Assembly (NCBI GenBank): GCA_964247135.1
Contig: CAXTTL010000081.1
Span: forward strand, 1-18,515
From: an uncultured Deinococcales bacterium
GTDB taxonomy: Bacteria > Deinococcota > Deinococci > Deinococcales > JAAFIG01
Direction: 5' to 3'
DNA: 18,515 nucleotides
Shown here: piece by piece, positions 1-9,488 of the stretch
How the letters are laid out: every line of letters begins with the position of its first letter
How positions within the stretch are numbered: the stretch's first letter is position 1
Translations under genes and position numbers: made by a program
Notes under the pieces: model-generated
What the model saw: the letters and a program-made list of their open reading frames with translations, nothing else
Databases searched by the model: none
What the model was told of the DNA's origin: nothing

Positions 1-390
1 AAAGTACGAATGCGTCGGGGTGTTCTCGAGGTAACTGTAATACTCTTTGACATCCTCACCGTGATTGCCTTCAGTTCCACTCAGACCAAACAATCTTTCT
101 TTGATGATCGGGTCGCGCCCATTCCAGACTGCCAGCGCCAGGCACAAATGCCCGTGGTCGTCGCTGATGCCCAGAAGACCATCCTCGTTCCAGCGGTACG
201 CCCTGGCTCGAGCTTGATCGTGCGGGAAATACTCCCAAGCCGCGCCGTTCGTGCTGTAATCTTCGCGCACCGTTCCCCAGGCGCGATCTGAAAGGTACGA
301 ACCCCACTGCTTCCAAGATTCAGTGCCAAGGCGGTCACGCTCGAGCCGTTCGCGCTCTGGGTTCAAGGCAACACCTGAACGGTGTGCCAT
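1..390 (-). CDS. MGH1-like glycoside hydrolase (GH63-type glucosidase), N-terminal part; runs off the window edge
   Basis: Translated by hand from ATG at 390: [77 protein letters not shown]...[44 protein letters not shown]. These are the characteristic N-terminal motifs of this family. An in-frame TGA lies just upstream, so 390 is the start. TATGAT lies 5 nt before the ATG. Not in the ORF track because there is no stop in the window. Confidence 0.88.
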   Translation of the reverse strand, partial: MAHRSGVALNPERERLERDRLGTESWKQWGSYLSDRAWGTVREDYSTNGAAWEYFPHDQARARAYRWNEDGLLGISDDHGHLCLALAVWNGRDPIIKERLFGLSGTEGNHGEDVKEYYSYLENTPTHSYF

Positions 391-602
391 TTCAAATCAT
401 AACGGGCGCCAGCGCATTGTGGGTGATGTTGTATCGACATTTTTTGGTGTGTCCTCTCCGAAACCTGATCTGCATGGTACTTGAAATTTGCATTTTGGGC
501 AGGAACTGTTCCAAAAATGTTGCTCACGCTTTTCCTGAAGTTCGAGCGGTCTATTAATTAAATGGCTCGGTTAACACCAAAGCATGAAACCCACAACTCG
601 GA

Positions 603-3600
603 TTAGTGCTGCGGCACCAATTGCCCTGTCTCGAGTTTGGGTTCTTGCACGACTGCTGGGCGTTTGCGTTCAAACAAATAAAACGCCGCAGGCACCACAA
701 AGAACGTCAAAATTGCCGAGAGCAAAATCCCACCGAGCATAATCACACCCAAACCCTGCCCGTATTCTGAGCCTTCGCCACTGCCAAAAATCAGTGGAAA
801 GCTGATGACCAGCACGGTCAGGGTGGTCATGACAATCGGGCGAAAGCGCAGTTTGGCAGATTCGATCAGGGCATCTTCGAGCGGCATTAAACCAATGCGT
901 TCCATGACAAAATCGAGGTACAAAATCGCGTTCTTGGCGGAGAGTCCAATCAAGAGCAAGAATCCCATCAGGCTGAAAATATCGAGGCTGCCACCTTTGA
1001 AAAAGATAAACCACAACGCCCCAGCGATAGCCAGCGGTACGGGCAACAGCAGGTAAAGCGGGTAACGAAACGAGTTGAACTGAGCGCCCATGACCAGGTA
1101 CGCCAGGAACAGCGCTAGTGCAAAGACTTGTGGCAGCAACGAGGTCAATTGGCTGGCTTGGGCGGTTTGACTGAACGCACTCGAGGGGGCAAGGGTCACT
1201 TGATCGTCGAGGATTCCGGCTTTGGTCAGGTCAACAATAAATTGCTGTTGAAAGGCAAGCTGGGCTGGCGCATCAGGTCCAAGGTTAATCGAGAGCTGCG
1301 CGGTGTACAAACGGTTGGTGCGCGTGATGCTGAGTGGCGCTTGGCGTTGAACAATGCTGCCCAACTGCCCAACGCTGAGGTTGGCTTGTTGCACGCTCGA
1401 GTAGACCGGAAACGACAGCAAACTTTGCGCGTCCACCAAACTGGCGGGGTTGAGTTGCACTTGAATCGGGTAACTGAGCGAACCGATTTGCACGTTGCCC
1501 GCCGCAGAACCGCTCGTGTAGGTTTGAAGCACGCTGGCAACCGTGGCGGGGGTGATGCCCGTGCCAGAAAGCTTGTTGGGGTCTGGGATAAATTGATTCT
1601 CGAGACTCGATTGCGTGAGGTTGGTGGTCGCCGACAGCACGTTCGGGTTATTTTGCAGCATGTTCAAAGCGAGGTTGGTGCGTTGTTGCAAGACATCAAA
1701 ACTCGGCGCGGCAAGATTGACGTTCAAGCTCGAGCCTTGCCCGCCAAAGCCACCGCCGGCGCTGATCGAAACGCTAACACCTGGTTGGTCGGAGAACATG
1801 GTTCGGGTGACGCGTTGATACTGTGGAATCAGCGCGAAGACGTTCTGGCGTTGTGCCGATGGCACAAGTTGCAAGGTCAACGAGGCGCGATTGTTGATTT
1901 CGGTTTGAATGGTTTTGATTTCTTTGCGGTTTGAAAAATAACCCTCGAGCCGAGCCGCCAGTTGGTTGATGGTGTTCAGGCTTGTGCCTGAAGGCGTGCG
2001 CAGGTTCACGCTGATTGAACCGCTGTCGCTTTGCGGCACAAAATTAAACTGCATTCTCGGACCAACAAATAACAGTGTGCCGACAAAGAACACCACGGCA
2101 GCCAGCAAGACCCAAGAACTGCGTTTCAGCACGCCAGCCAGCGAGTTGACATAAGCATCACGGATGCTCGAGACAACACTTTCAGTCCATTGGTGCAAGG
2201 TTGTGGTCAGTGCCTCGAGGAAGTTGAACACGATGCGCACCAGGTAGTTGATGATGCCAAGCGCGAAGGGGTAGACGAGCATTGCTGCCAGCACAGGCAG
2301 GGGCAAGAATTTATAGATGGCGACCAACAACGCCAAACCGAGCGCAATCCCCCAAGTCGAACGCCACCAACTCAATCCCCAACGCATGGCTTCGGGGAAG
2401 CGTTTCAGGCTGCTCGAGAAATCATGCCATGAAAGCGGTTCAGAGTCGGGCGTGTACGCCATGCGAACGGTCAGGAAGAGCAAGGCTTCAAACCACGAGA
2501 AGAACACGGCTGCCGCCAAACCCAGCGCGAATTGTTGCAGGTAGACGCCAGCAAATCCGCCGATAAAACTGACGGGAATCAACACCGAAAGCACCGACAG
2601 CGAGGCGGCAGCCACGGCACTGAACACCTCGGATGCGCCCTTGAGAACTGCTTCTTTTCTCGAGAAACCCATCTCGCGGTATCGTTCGATGTTTTCGGCA
2701 ACGACAATCGAATCGTCCACCACAATGCCAATGGCAACCACCAAGGCGAGCAGCGAAACCAAATTGAAGGTAAAACCGAGCAAACTGTACAAAACTGGCG
2801 CGGCAGCCAGCGCGATTGGAATGGCGAGCACCACGGTAAACGCCGTGTTCAAACGCCCCAAGAACAACAAGACGATAAACGAAACCACCAACGCGGTGAT
2901 GAACAACTCGCGGTAGGTCGCGTTGACCGAAGCCGAAATCGGCGTGGTCGTGTCGGTGCTGACGGTCAGGTGATAACCCGCAGGCAAATTGGCTTTCTTG
3001 AGCGCGGTACGAACATTTTGCGCCACCGCCACTGCGTTGCTGCCTTGGGTTTGTTGAATGGCAACCAAAATAACGGGCAAACCATTGACGCGCACAAAAC
3101 CACTGGCGCTCGAGCTGTCCTGCACTTGCCCGAGGTCGGTGACGCGCACGCCGTGGGTGGGGTCAACCAAAATTTGATTGATCTGGTCAATGTTGGTCGG
3201 AATGTTTTGGGTCGAAAAACTGAGCGTGTCCGAACCTCGAGTGATCGTGCCAATCGGTTGGTTGATCGCAGCGCTGGTGATGGCAGTCGTGACGGTTTGC
3301 GGGTTGAGGTTGTAATAATTCAGTTTGCTCGGGTCGAGCAGCACTTGAAATTGACGGCTTGGACCACCCGAAAGGGTGACGTTCGCCACGCCATTCACCC
3401 GTTCTATTTGGGGAACGAGAATATTGGTCGCGTAATCTTGAACTTGCGCCATGCCGATGCCATTGGCAGCCAACCCAAACTCGAGAATCGGTTGTGAGTT
3501 GGAATCAAAAGTTCTGACGGTTGGCGCGGTGACACCTGTCGGCAAACGCCGCAACAACGAACTGGTCAGCGCCGCGACTTGGTTGGCGGCGCTGTTCTGG

Positions 3601-3947
3601 TCGATGCTCTGGTCAAAGGTTAACGTCACACGGCTCGAGCCTGCCGAACTGGTCGAGGCAATCGTGTTTAAGCCCGACAAACTCGAGACTGTGCCTTCGA
3701 CGAGTTGCGTCACTTGCTGGTCAACGATGGTTGGGGTCGCGCCAGGATAAGACACCGAAACGGCGACCACTGGTGTGTTGGAACTTGGCAGCAAATCCAC
3801 GCCGAGTTTGGTGGTGGCAACCAAACCGAAGACCACCACGGCGATAAAAATACCGATTGAAAACACGTACCTCGAGACGGAGAACCCCACCAAGGGATTG
3901 ATCCGATCAAACAAGCGTTCTTGCAAGTTCTTGAGTGGCTGTTGCAT
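603..3947 (-). CDS. RND efflux transporter permease subunit (AcrB/AcrD/AcrF family), 1114 aa
   Basis: TM4 motif GIVVDDSIVVAENI, KNAIL and LRFRPIVMTT proton-relay motifs, two large periplasmic domains. The start overlaps the MFP stop (TGATG). Confidence 0.96.
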   Translation of the reverse strand: MQQPLKNLQERLFDRINPLVGFSVSRYVFSIGIFIAVVVFGLVATTKLGVDLLPSSNTPVVAVSVSYPGATPTIVDQQVTQLVEGTVSSLSGLNTIASTSSAGSSRVTLTFDQSIDQNSAANQVAALTSSLLRRLPTGVTAPTVRTFDSNSQPILEFGLAANGIGMAQVQDYATNILVPQIERVNGVANVTLSGGPSRQFQVLLDPSKLNYYNLNPQTVTTAITSAAINQPIGTITRGSDTLSFSTQNIPTNIDQINQILVDPTHGVRVTDLGQVQDSSSASGFVRVNGLPVILVAIQQTQGSNAVAVAQNVRTALKKANLPAGYHLTVSTDTTTPISASVNATYRELFITALVVSFIVLLFLGRLNTAFTVVLAIPIALAAAPVLYSLLGFTFNLVSLLALVVAIGIVVDDSIVVAENIERYREMGFSRKEAVLKGASEVFSAVAAASLSVLSVLIPVSFIGGFAGVYLQQFALGLAAAVFFSWFEALLFLTVRMAYTPDSEPLSWHDFSSSLKRFPEAMRWGLSWWRSTWGIALGLALLVAIYKFLPLPVLAAMLVYPFALGIINYLVRIVFNFLEALTTTLHQWTESVVSSIRDAYVNSLAGVLKRSSWVLLAAVVFFVGTLLFVGPRMQFNFVPQSDSGSISVNLRTPSGTSLNTINQLAARLEGYFSNRKEIKTIQTEINNRASLTLQLVPSAQRQNVFALIPQYQRVTRTMFSDQPGVSVSISAGGGFGGQGSSLNVNLAAPSFDVLQQRTNLALNMLQNNPNVLSATTNLTQSSLENQFIPDPNKLSGTGITPATVASVLQTYTSGSAAGNVQIGSLSYPIQVQLNPASLVDAQSLLSFPVYSSVQQANLSVGQLGSIVQRQAPLSITRTNRLYTAQLSINLGPDAPAQLAFQQQFIVDLTKAGILDDQVTLAPSSAFSQTAQASQLTSLLPQVFALALFLAYLVMGAQFNSFRYPLYLLLPVPLAIAGALWFIFFKGGSLDIFSLMGFLLLIGLSAKNAILYLDFVMERIGLMPLEDALIESAKLRFRPIVMTTLTVLVISFPLIFGSGEGSEYGQGLGVIMLGGILLSAILTFFVVPAAFYLFERKRPAVVQEPKLETGQLVPQH

Positions 3948-5692
3948 CAGTTACCACCGCCCGTTTGACCTGCGGGTTGGGTTGCTGGTTGCGTTGTTGG
4001 TGGGGTGCTCGAGCTTCCAGTTGGGTCTGCCCCGATTGCCGCTGGCTTTTTGTGATGGTGTTTAACTGGCGTTGTGCCATCAGCGCCTGTCGCTGCGCCT
4101 TGGCTCGGAGCGGCATTGTTGGCATCTGCTGGAGTTGCGGAATTGTTCGCTCCTGCTGGCGTGGCAGCCTGTCCAGGAGTTCCGTTTTGACCGTCAACGC
4201 TCGAGTTATTTCCTGGTGGCGTAGCGCCGCCCTGAGTGTTGCCCTTCCATTTTCCTGCTCCACCCGAAGGAATGCTTGGAGCGCTCGAGCCTGGAGTGTT
4301 TTGTTGAGTTCCACCTTGACCACTTCCACCCGCAGCACCATTTTGTCCACCTCGAGTCCCGAAGCTGGTTTGCGTTAAATCGGTGGTGACTTTCGCACCC
4401 TCGAGCAGTCCTGGCGGTGGGTTGAGAATCACCTGAGCGCCCGCTGGTACGCCACTGACGGCGGCATCGCTGCCAGCCTGGGCGAGTACGGTGGCGGTCA
4501 GGGATTTGACTTGACCCGCCTGAATCGTGAAGACAAATGTGCGCGTGCCGTCGCTTTGCAACGACGAAATCGGTACGATTGTGCCTTTGGCAAGGTTGAC
4601 GCTGTAATTCACAATGCCAACCACTCCCGAAGCGGGCGCACTGGCATCAATCACTCGAGCAATCAACGGCACGTTTTGCGTGACAGGCGCGGCGGGACGT
4701 TCATCCACTTTGACCTGAAAATGCCCGTTGCCCGCATCAAAGCGGTAAATTCGCCCTGGCACAAAAGCGATGGCGTCGGCTGGCGGAACGCTGAATTTCA
4801 CTTCACGACTGGCGCTCGAGAGTGAGAACGCCGCCGCGCCTGGTGTGACCGCCTGCCCTGGGACGGCGTTGATGGCGGTGATCTGACCCGAAAACGGGGC
4901 TTTCAAGGTGGCGTTTGCCAAATTCAGTTTGGCTTGGCTGAGTTGAATTTGTGCCTGCGAAATGGCGAGTTTGAGTTGTGCCAGACCTTCGCCACCCGCC
5001 CGTTGATTTTGCGACAACGAATCCTGCGCGTTGGAAAGATTCCCCTGTGCCGTCTCGAGCGCGGTTTTGGCATTCTCGAGATCGGTTTTGGAAATCCCGC
5101 CCACCGCGTAGACTTTTTGATCGGAGACATACGTTCTGTTTGCCGCGTCCAAGGCACTTTGCGCGGCTGAGACTTGCTGCTCGAGTTTTTGGGTGGCTTG
5201 CACGGTGTTGGTGTCTTGGCTTTTGAGATTTATTTGTGCGTTCTCGAGCGCCAGTTGCGCGTTCTGGGCGGTCAGTGCCAGTTGCGTGGTATCGAGTTGC
5301 ACCACGGCTTGACCAGCCTGCACGCTGTCGCCGACTTTGACCAAAATCTTGCTGGCAGTGCCAGAGGCTTGCGCGGCAACCTGGCTGACCATCACTGGAA
5401 CAACCGTGCCTGCGCTGTTGCGGTTTGCAGCCAAAGAGCTGGCTTTGACCGTGACGGCTTGAACCGGAATGATCGCATTGCGACCTCCACTTCTGCCGCC
5501 CTGCCGCCCCGAACCGCCCTGAGAAAATGAACCTTGACCTGCACCCGCTCCTGTTTGACTTGCGCCTGCAACCCCATTCTGACTCGGGTTGTGAATCAAG
5601 TAACCGCCAGCGCCAGCCGCCACAACCAAAGCGCCAAAGACCAAATTTCGTCCAACATTACCGCCGCGTTTGGGGGGTTGAGCCGCAATCAT
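3947..5692 (-). CDS. RND periplasmic adaptor (membrane fusion protein) with a long low-complexity C-terminal tail, 581 aa
   Basis: N-terminal TM anchor, lipoyl half-motifs (VKVGDSVQAGQ; LKAPFSGQI), long alpha-hairpin, GGAGG RBS, directly upstream of the RND permease. Confidence 0.93.
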   Translation of the reverse strand: MIAAQPPKRGGNVGRNLVFGALVVAAGAGGYLIHNPSQNGVAGASQTGAGAGQGSFSQGGSGRQGGRSGGRNAIIPVQAVTVKASSLAANRNSAGTVVPVMVSQVAAQASGTASKILVKVGDSVQAGQAVVQLDTTQLALTAQNAQLALENAQINLKSQDTNTVQATQKLEQQVSAAQSALDAANRTYVSDQKVYAVGGISKTDLENAKTALETAQGNLSNAQDSLSQNQRAGGEGLAQLKLAISQAQIQLSQAKLNLANATLKAPFSGQITAINAVPGQAVTPGAAAFSLSSASREVKFSVPPADAIAFVPGRIYRFDAGNGHFQVKVDERPAAPVTQNVPLIARVIDASAPASGVVGIVNYSVNLAKGTIVPISSLQSDGTRTFVFTIQAGQVKSLTATVLAQAGSDAAVSGVPAGAQVILNPPPGLLEGAKVTTDLTQTSFGTRGGQNGAAGGSGQGGTQQNTPGSSAPSIPSGGAGKWKGNTQGGATPPGNNSSVDGQNGTPGQAATPAGANNSATPADANNAAPSQGAATGADGTTPVKHHHKKPAAIGADPTGSSSTPPTTQPATQPAGQTGGGN

Positions 5693-5835
5693 GATGCACC
5701 TCCAAGCTTCAGAATTTCGTGCGAATCAACTCGAGTGTTTTCGGCGCGAGTTGAATCGCAAATCAGGTTTTCAACACGAGTTTTGTCACTCGAGTCGCTC
5801 AGGTTTTGGTTTAAGAATGCTTGGCTGTTTTTCAT
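5689..5835 (-). CDS. Putative 48-aa leader or small protein, translationally coupled to the MFP gene
   Basis: AAGGA RBS 6 nt before ATG 5835. MKNSQAFLNQNLSDSSDKTRVENLICDSTRAENTRVDSHEILKLGGAS; its stop overlaps the MFP start as ATGA (5689-5692). Confidence 0.45.
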   Translation of the reverse strand: MKNSQAFLNQNLSDSSDKTRVENLICDSTRAENTRVDSHEILKLGGAS

Positions 5836-5891
5836 GGTTGTTCCTTTCCGCTCCAAAGTTGTTCTTGGCACAATCACTTGCCTGTGCGTTT

Positions 5892-5926
5892 AGGAGACAT
5901 CCAAATCGTGGAGTGAAGATGAAGGC
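5892..5926 (-). promoter_or_regulatory. Regulon box 1 plus -10 position, upstream of the RND operon
   Basis: GCCTT CATCTTCACTCCAC gatttggatg TCTCCT on the minus strand. 18 nt (5906-5923) are identical, in inverted orientation, to 13997-14014. Its -10 is the weakest of the set. Confidence 0.75.
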
Positions 5927-5938
5927 TCGAATGCAAAA

Positions 5939-5973
5939 GCCTCCATGATTGCTCCATTTTTGAGTAACATAAT
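5939..5973 (+). promoter_or_regulatory. Regulon box 2 plus -10; leaderless promoter of the orphan response regulator
   Basis: GCCTC CATGATTGCTCCAT ttttgagtaa CATAAT, then 6 nt to ATG 5980. Confidence 0.72.
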
Positions 5974-5979
5974 TTGGTC

Positions 5980-6660
5980 ATGAAAGTTTTGTTGCTCGAA
6001 GACGACAACTCCATACGAATGCCCCTCGCGGCGAATTTGCGCGAAGCGGGGCATGAGGTGATTGAAGCAGATCGGGTCGCCGTTGCCGAACCAATTGCGC
6101 TCGTGCAAAGCTTTGACGTGTTTTTGTTTGATGTTGGTTTACCAGAGGGCAAAGATGCCGGTTTTGGATTGGTACAGCGCTTACGTTCAAAAGGGGTGCA
6201 AACACCTGTTCTGTTCTTGACCGCCCGAGATGCCCCCGAAGATCGCGCTCGAGCGTATGGTGCTGGGGCTGACGATTACTTGCTGAAACCGTTTTTACTG
6301 TCCGAAGTTCAAACCAGACTGAAAGCACTCGTCACTCGAGCGCCAGATTCCGCGCACGGTGTGATGGTGTGCGGAGATTTGCGACTGGATTTTTTCAACA
6401 AAACCGTGTACCTCAACGGCAACCCCGTGCGGCTTTCCAACAAAGAATACGCGACCCTCGAGTTGCTGGCATCCAATCCAGGTCGGGTTTTCAGTCATTT
6501 GGAGTTGATCCAACGCATCTACGATGATGCTCAAATTGTTCCAGCCGTGGTTGATCTGAACGTCATGAACATCCGCCGAAAGCTTGCCGCCTGGACGCTC
6601 GAGACCGTGGATCAGGTGGGCTTTCGCTTTCCATCGTGCGGAGCTATGGCAGGCGATTGA
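5980..6660 (+). CDS. OmpR/PhoB-family response regulator (orphan; paralog of 11125-11790)
   Basis: REC motifs LLEDD, FDVGLP, FLTARD and DDYLLKPF, plus a winged-helix C-terminus. Start set at ATG 5980, 6 nt after CATAAT. Confidence 0.93.
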   Translation: MKVLLLEDDNSIRMPLAANLREAGHEVIEADRVAVAEPIALVQSFDVFLFDVGLPEGKDAGFGLVQRLRSKGVQTPVLFLTARDAPEDRARAYGAGADDYLLKPFLLSEVQTRLKALVTRAPDSAHGVMVCGDLRLDFFNKTVYLNGNPVRLSNKEYATLELLASNPGRVFSHLELIQRIYDDAQIVPAVVDLNVMNIRRKLAAWTLETVDQVGFRFPSCGAMAGD

Positions 6661-6689
6661 AGTTTAATCTCGAGGATCATTGGGGGTTT

Positions 6690-7946
6690 ATGAGCACTGA
6701 AATCAATCCGATTCGCAAAGCATGGTTTACAAATCTCAAACGTGGTTTTCAGGCGCTCGAGGTGCGCAATTACCGACTCTACTGGTTCGGGCAGTTGGTC
6801 AGTTTGACTGGCACTTGGATGCAAACCACCGCGCAAGCCTTGCTGATTCTGCGCTTGACCAAATCGCCTTTTGAGGTTGGTCTGGTCTCGAGCCTGCAAT
6901 TTTTGCCTGCGCTGTTGCTGTCGTTGGTTGGCGGTGTGATTGCAGATCGCGTCAACCGTTTTAAAATGCTGCTGACCACGCAATCGACCTCGCTCGTGAT
7001 CGCCGCCATTTACTCGGCGCTGATCGTGACCAATTCGATTCAACTCTGGGAAGTCTACGTGCTGGCGTTTCTGGGCGGTTTGGTCAACGCGCTCGACCAG
7101 CCCGTGCGTCAATCGTTCTCGGCTTCGCTCGTGCCAAGCGAGCGCCGCGCCAACGCCGTGGCACTCAACTCAATTTTGTTCAATTCCTCGAGAATCATCG
7201 GTCCTGCGCTGGCTGGCGCATTGATTGGTTTTCTGGGCATCGGAGCGATTTACGCCCTCAATGCCCTCAGTTTTGTCGCCGTGCTGATTGGCTTGCTGTT
7301 GATGGATCGCTCGAGTTTTGCCGCTATTCCCGCTCGAGCCGAAAGTTCTGGTTTGGAACGTCTGAAAGAGGGTTTGCGTTATGTTCGCAGCACGCCCGAA
7401 GTGCTGCTGGTGTTGTTGTTCGTTGCCGTGATTGGAACGTTTGGTTATAACTTCAGCATCACCATGCCCTTGATTGGCGGGTTTTTGCTAGGCTTGACCA
7501 ACAATGCCCCAGCCTATGGTCTGCTTGGCGCGGCATTGGGTGTTGGCTCGCTGCTGGCGGCATTTGTCACGGCGTACACCCGAAACGTCAGCCTGAGCCG
7601 CCTGGTGATGGCAGGAACAGCCTTTAGTGTCTTGTTGGGACTGGTTGCTTGGAGTCGAAATTACACCATCTCGGTGGCATTGCTGCTGTTGTTGGGTTTT
7701 GCTGGCGTGACCTTCACCACCAACGCCCAAACCATGATTCAAGTTCGAGTTCCAGACGCGCTGCGCGGACGAGTCTCGAGTTTGTATTTTATGTTGTTCA
7801 TGGGCAGTACCCCCATCGGTGGTTTGCTGACGGGCGCGTTGGCGCACGTGTTTGGTGTCGGTCTGGCGCTCGGGATTTGTGCGGGGTTGTGCCTGGTCGG
7901 GGTTGGTGCGGTCATGACGTATCACAACACGTTGCAACGAACATAA
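6690..7946 (+). CDS. MFS transporter (DHA3 / transmembrane-secretion-effector type)
   Basis: RNYRLYWFGQLVSLTGTWMQ N-terminus, GGVIADRVNR motif A, VPDALRGRV, about 12 hydrophobic segments. Start at MSTEINP after GGGGG. Confidence 0.92.
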   Translation: MSTEINPIRKAWFTNLKRGFQALEVRNYRLYWFGQLVSLTGTWMQTTAQALLILRLTKSPFEVGLVSSLQFLPALLLSLVGGVIADRVNRFKMLLTTQSTSLVIAAIYSALIVTNSIQLWEVYVLAFLGGLVNALDQPVRQSFSASLVPSERRANAVALNSILFNSSRIIGPALAGALIGFLGIGAIYALNALSFVAVLIGLLLMDRSSFAAIPARAESSGLERLKEGLRYVRSTPEVLLVLLFVAVIGTFGYNFSITMPLIGGFLLGLTNNAPAYGLLGAALGVGSLLAAFVTAYTRNVSLSRLVMAGTAFSVLLGLVAWSRNYTISVALLLLLGFAGVTFTTNAQTMIQVRVPDALRGRVSSLYFMLFMGSTPIGGLLTGALAHVFGVGLALGICAGLCLVGVGAVMTYHNTLQRT

Positions 7947-8044
7947 GTAAAACCACTAGGTTGACAAGGGTCAAATTTCGCCTCAACAATCACAAATTTT
8001 AACATTCTGACTCGAGCAACTGAACGTGATTTTTGTTTCGTCGC

Positions 8045-8079
8045 GCCTTCACCCTCACTCCACTTTGCTGCGTCATTCT
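8045..8079 (+). promoter_or_regulatory. Regulon box 3 plus -10
   Basis: GCCTT CACCCTCACTCCAC tttgctgcgt CATTCT; 17/19 identical to box 1; upstream of the 8153 gene. Confidence 0.75.
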
Positions 8080-8152
8080 GAAACAAAGACTTCAAACTCG
8101 AGCTTGAAAGCTGATAACTGGGTTTGGTCAACATGATCCTGGAGGCTTGACA

Positions 8153-8446
8153 ATGGAATTGCGCATCAACAATCAAAAGGTCAACGTGTTGCTATGCTCG
8201 GACGAATCTTTAAGTGCTGAAGAGATCAAAATCTTTGAACGCTTTGACCACATTTTAAGAGCCAATCCCAAATTCCAAGCGCGTTATCCAAGGGCGTGCC
8301 TCGAGTCGGCGGCATTTGACCCAGATCAAAAATCGAAAATGCGTTTGTCGTACACGTGCAAACATGGGCGCGTCGAATTTGAAGGGTCGTTGGCATTTAT
8401 GACCGCCATTGATTTCAAGCACCACACCGTGATGCTGGCAATCTGA
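8153..8446 (+). CDS. Hypothetical cytoplasmic protein, 97 aa
   Basis: GGAGG RBS at 8141-8145 before ATG 8153, preceded by regulon box 3. No family recognised. Confidence 0.72.
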   Translation: MELRINNQKVNVLLCSDESLSAEEIKIFERFDHILRANPKFQARYPRACLESAAFDPDQKSKMRLSYTCKHGRVEFEGSLAFMTAIDFKHHTVMLAI

Positions 8447-8464
8447 AACTCGAGCCAGTTTTCG

Positions 8465-9367
8465 TTATGCACTGAATTTTGGGTTTGTTATTTTGGTCTC
8501 GAGCTTTTGGTTTGAAACATCATCGTACTTTGGGTAAAGCGCGTACTTGATGCCGTTTCGACCATTGTGCTTGACCAAATACATCAGTTGATCCGCCATT
8601 TCAAGCACTTGGTTTGCCGTGGTGGGCGTTTGCAAACAGGTCAATACGCCGATGCTAAACGTGATTCTATCGGCTTGCACCACTTGTGCCAGCCGACTCC
8701 GAACCCGTTCCAGGACAACTCGAGCGTTCCCCGCGTCAGTCTCTGGCAACAACACGGCAAATTCATCGCCACCCAACCGAGCCAACGTGTCGCTTGGGCG
8801 CAACGTCGAGCTTATGGTGGCGGCAATCAAACGCAACAAGCCATCGCCTGCATGATGCCCGAGCGAATCATTGACGGTTTTAAAATGGTCAACATCAATG
8901 TAGGCAAGCGTGAAAGCTCGCCCATGACGACCCACACGGTTTAATTCAGATTCGATGGTTTCCATAAAGGCTCGAGCGTTGGCTGCACCCGTCAAACTGT
9001 CCACCCTCGAGAGGTTGCGTTCTCGTGCCAGGGATCGTTTGAGTGACTCGAGCACCAATACCACAGCCGTCAACTCGAGCAAGCGCACGGTGAGATTCCA
9101 AGCGGCAAGTAGCAACCCGTGAGAACTGCTGAGCGCTGGCGTATCGACCACAAACCAAACAATGGCGCTCAAGACAGTGCCGCTTAAGGTGACAGCAAAG
9201 CTCGAGTTCCAGACCATGAACGCCACCGGCACAAAATAAAATGGCGCGAGCGTCACCTCTTGCCCAGTGATAAAATCAAGCCCACCAATGATCGGGACAC
9301 TCAGGAACGCCAAAACAGTCCAAGTGTCGGATCGTTTGAGGCTGAGGTTTTGAAAAAAGTTATCCAT
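8465..9367 (-). CDS. Membrane-anchored diguanylate cyclase (GGDEF), 300 aa
   Basis: About four N-terminal hydrophobic segments, DSLTGAAN, YIDVDHFKTVND, intact RLGGDEF with the RxxD I-site (RPSD); GGAGG RBS at 9377-9381. Confidence 0.93.
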   Translation of the reverse strand: MDNFFQNLSLKRSDTWTVLAFLSVPIIGGLDFITGQEVTLAPFYFVPVAFMVWNSSFAVTLSGTVLSAIVWFVVDTPALSSSHGLLLAAWNLTVRLLELTAVVLVLESLKRSLARERNLSRVDSLTGAANARAFMETIESELNRVGRHGRAFTLAYIDVDHFKTVNDSLGHHAGDGLLRLIAATISSTLRPSDTLARLGGDEFAVLLPETDAGNARVVLERVRSRLAQVVQADRITFSIGVLTCLQTPTTANQVLEMADQLMYLVKHNGRNGIKYALYPKYDDVSNQKLETKITNPKFSA

Positions 9368-9424
9368 ATTCCAGAGCCTCCATGACCGCCAACTCGAGAT
9401 GCAGGTTCTATCTCATTGCAGTTC

Positions 9425-9459
9425 ACCTTAAAAGTTATTTGTGGAGTGGGCGTGAAGGC
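9425..9459 (-). promoter_or_regulatory. Regulon box 4 plus -10, upstream of the GGDEF gene
   Basis: GCCTT CACGCCCACTCCAC aaataacttt TAAGGT on the minus strand. Confidence 0.78.
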
Positions 9460-9488
9460 TCGAGCTTGGTATTTGGTACGTGCACAAG

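Noticed and set aside
10-338. ORFs 10..291(+), 71..316(-) and 81..338(-)
   Set aside because: They overlap the GH63 gene read from ATG 390 in another frame or strand and have no recognisable motifs.
396-430. Possible twelfth regulon box before the GH63 gene (AACAT CACCCACAATGCGC-N10-TATGAT)
   Set aside because: The spacing fits, but the invariant TCCAY half-site is absent, so it is not counted.
670-5577. Long antisense or alternative-frame ORFs over the RND and MFP genes (e.g. 1128..1934, 2532..3497)
   Set aside because: Shadow ORFs of well-supported genes with no independent motifs.
8445-8463. Short hairpin between the convergent 8153 gene and the GGDEF gene
   Set aside because: The stem is only 5-6 AT-rich pairs, too weak to call a terminator.
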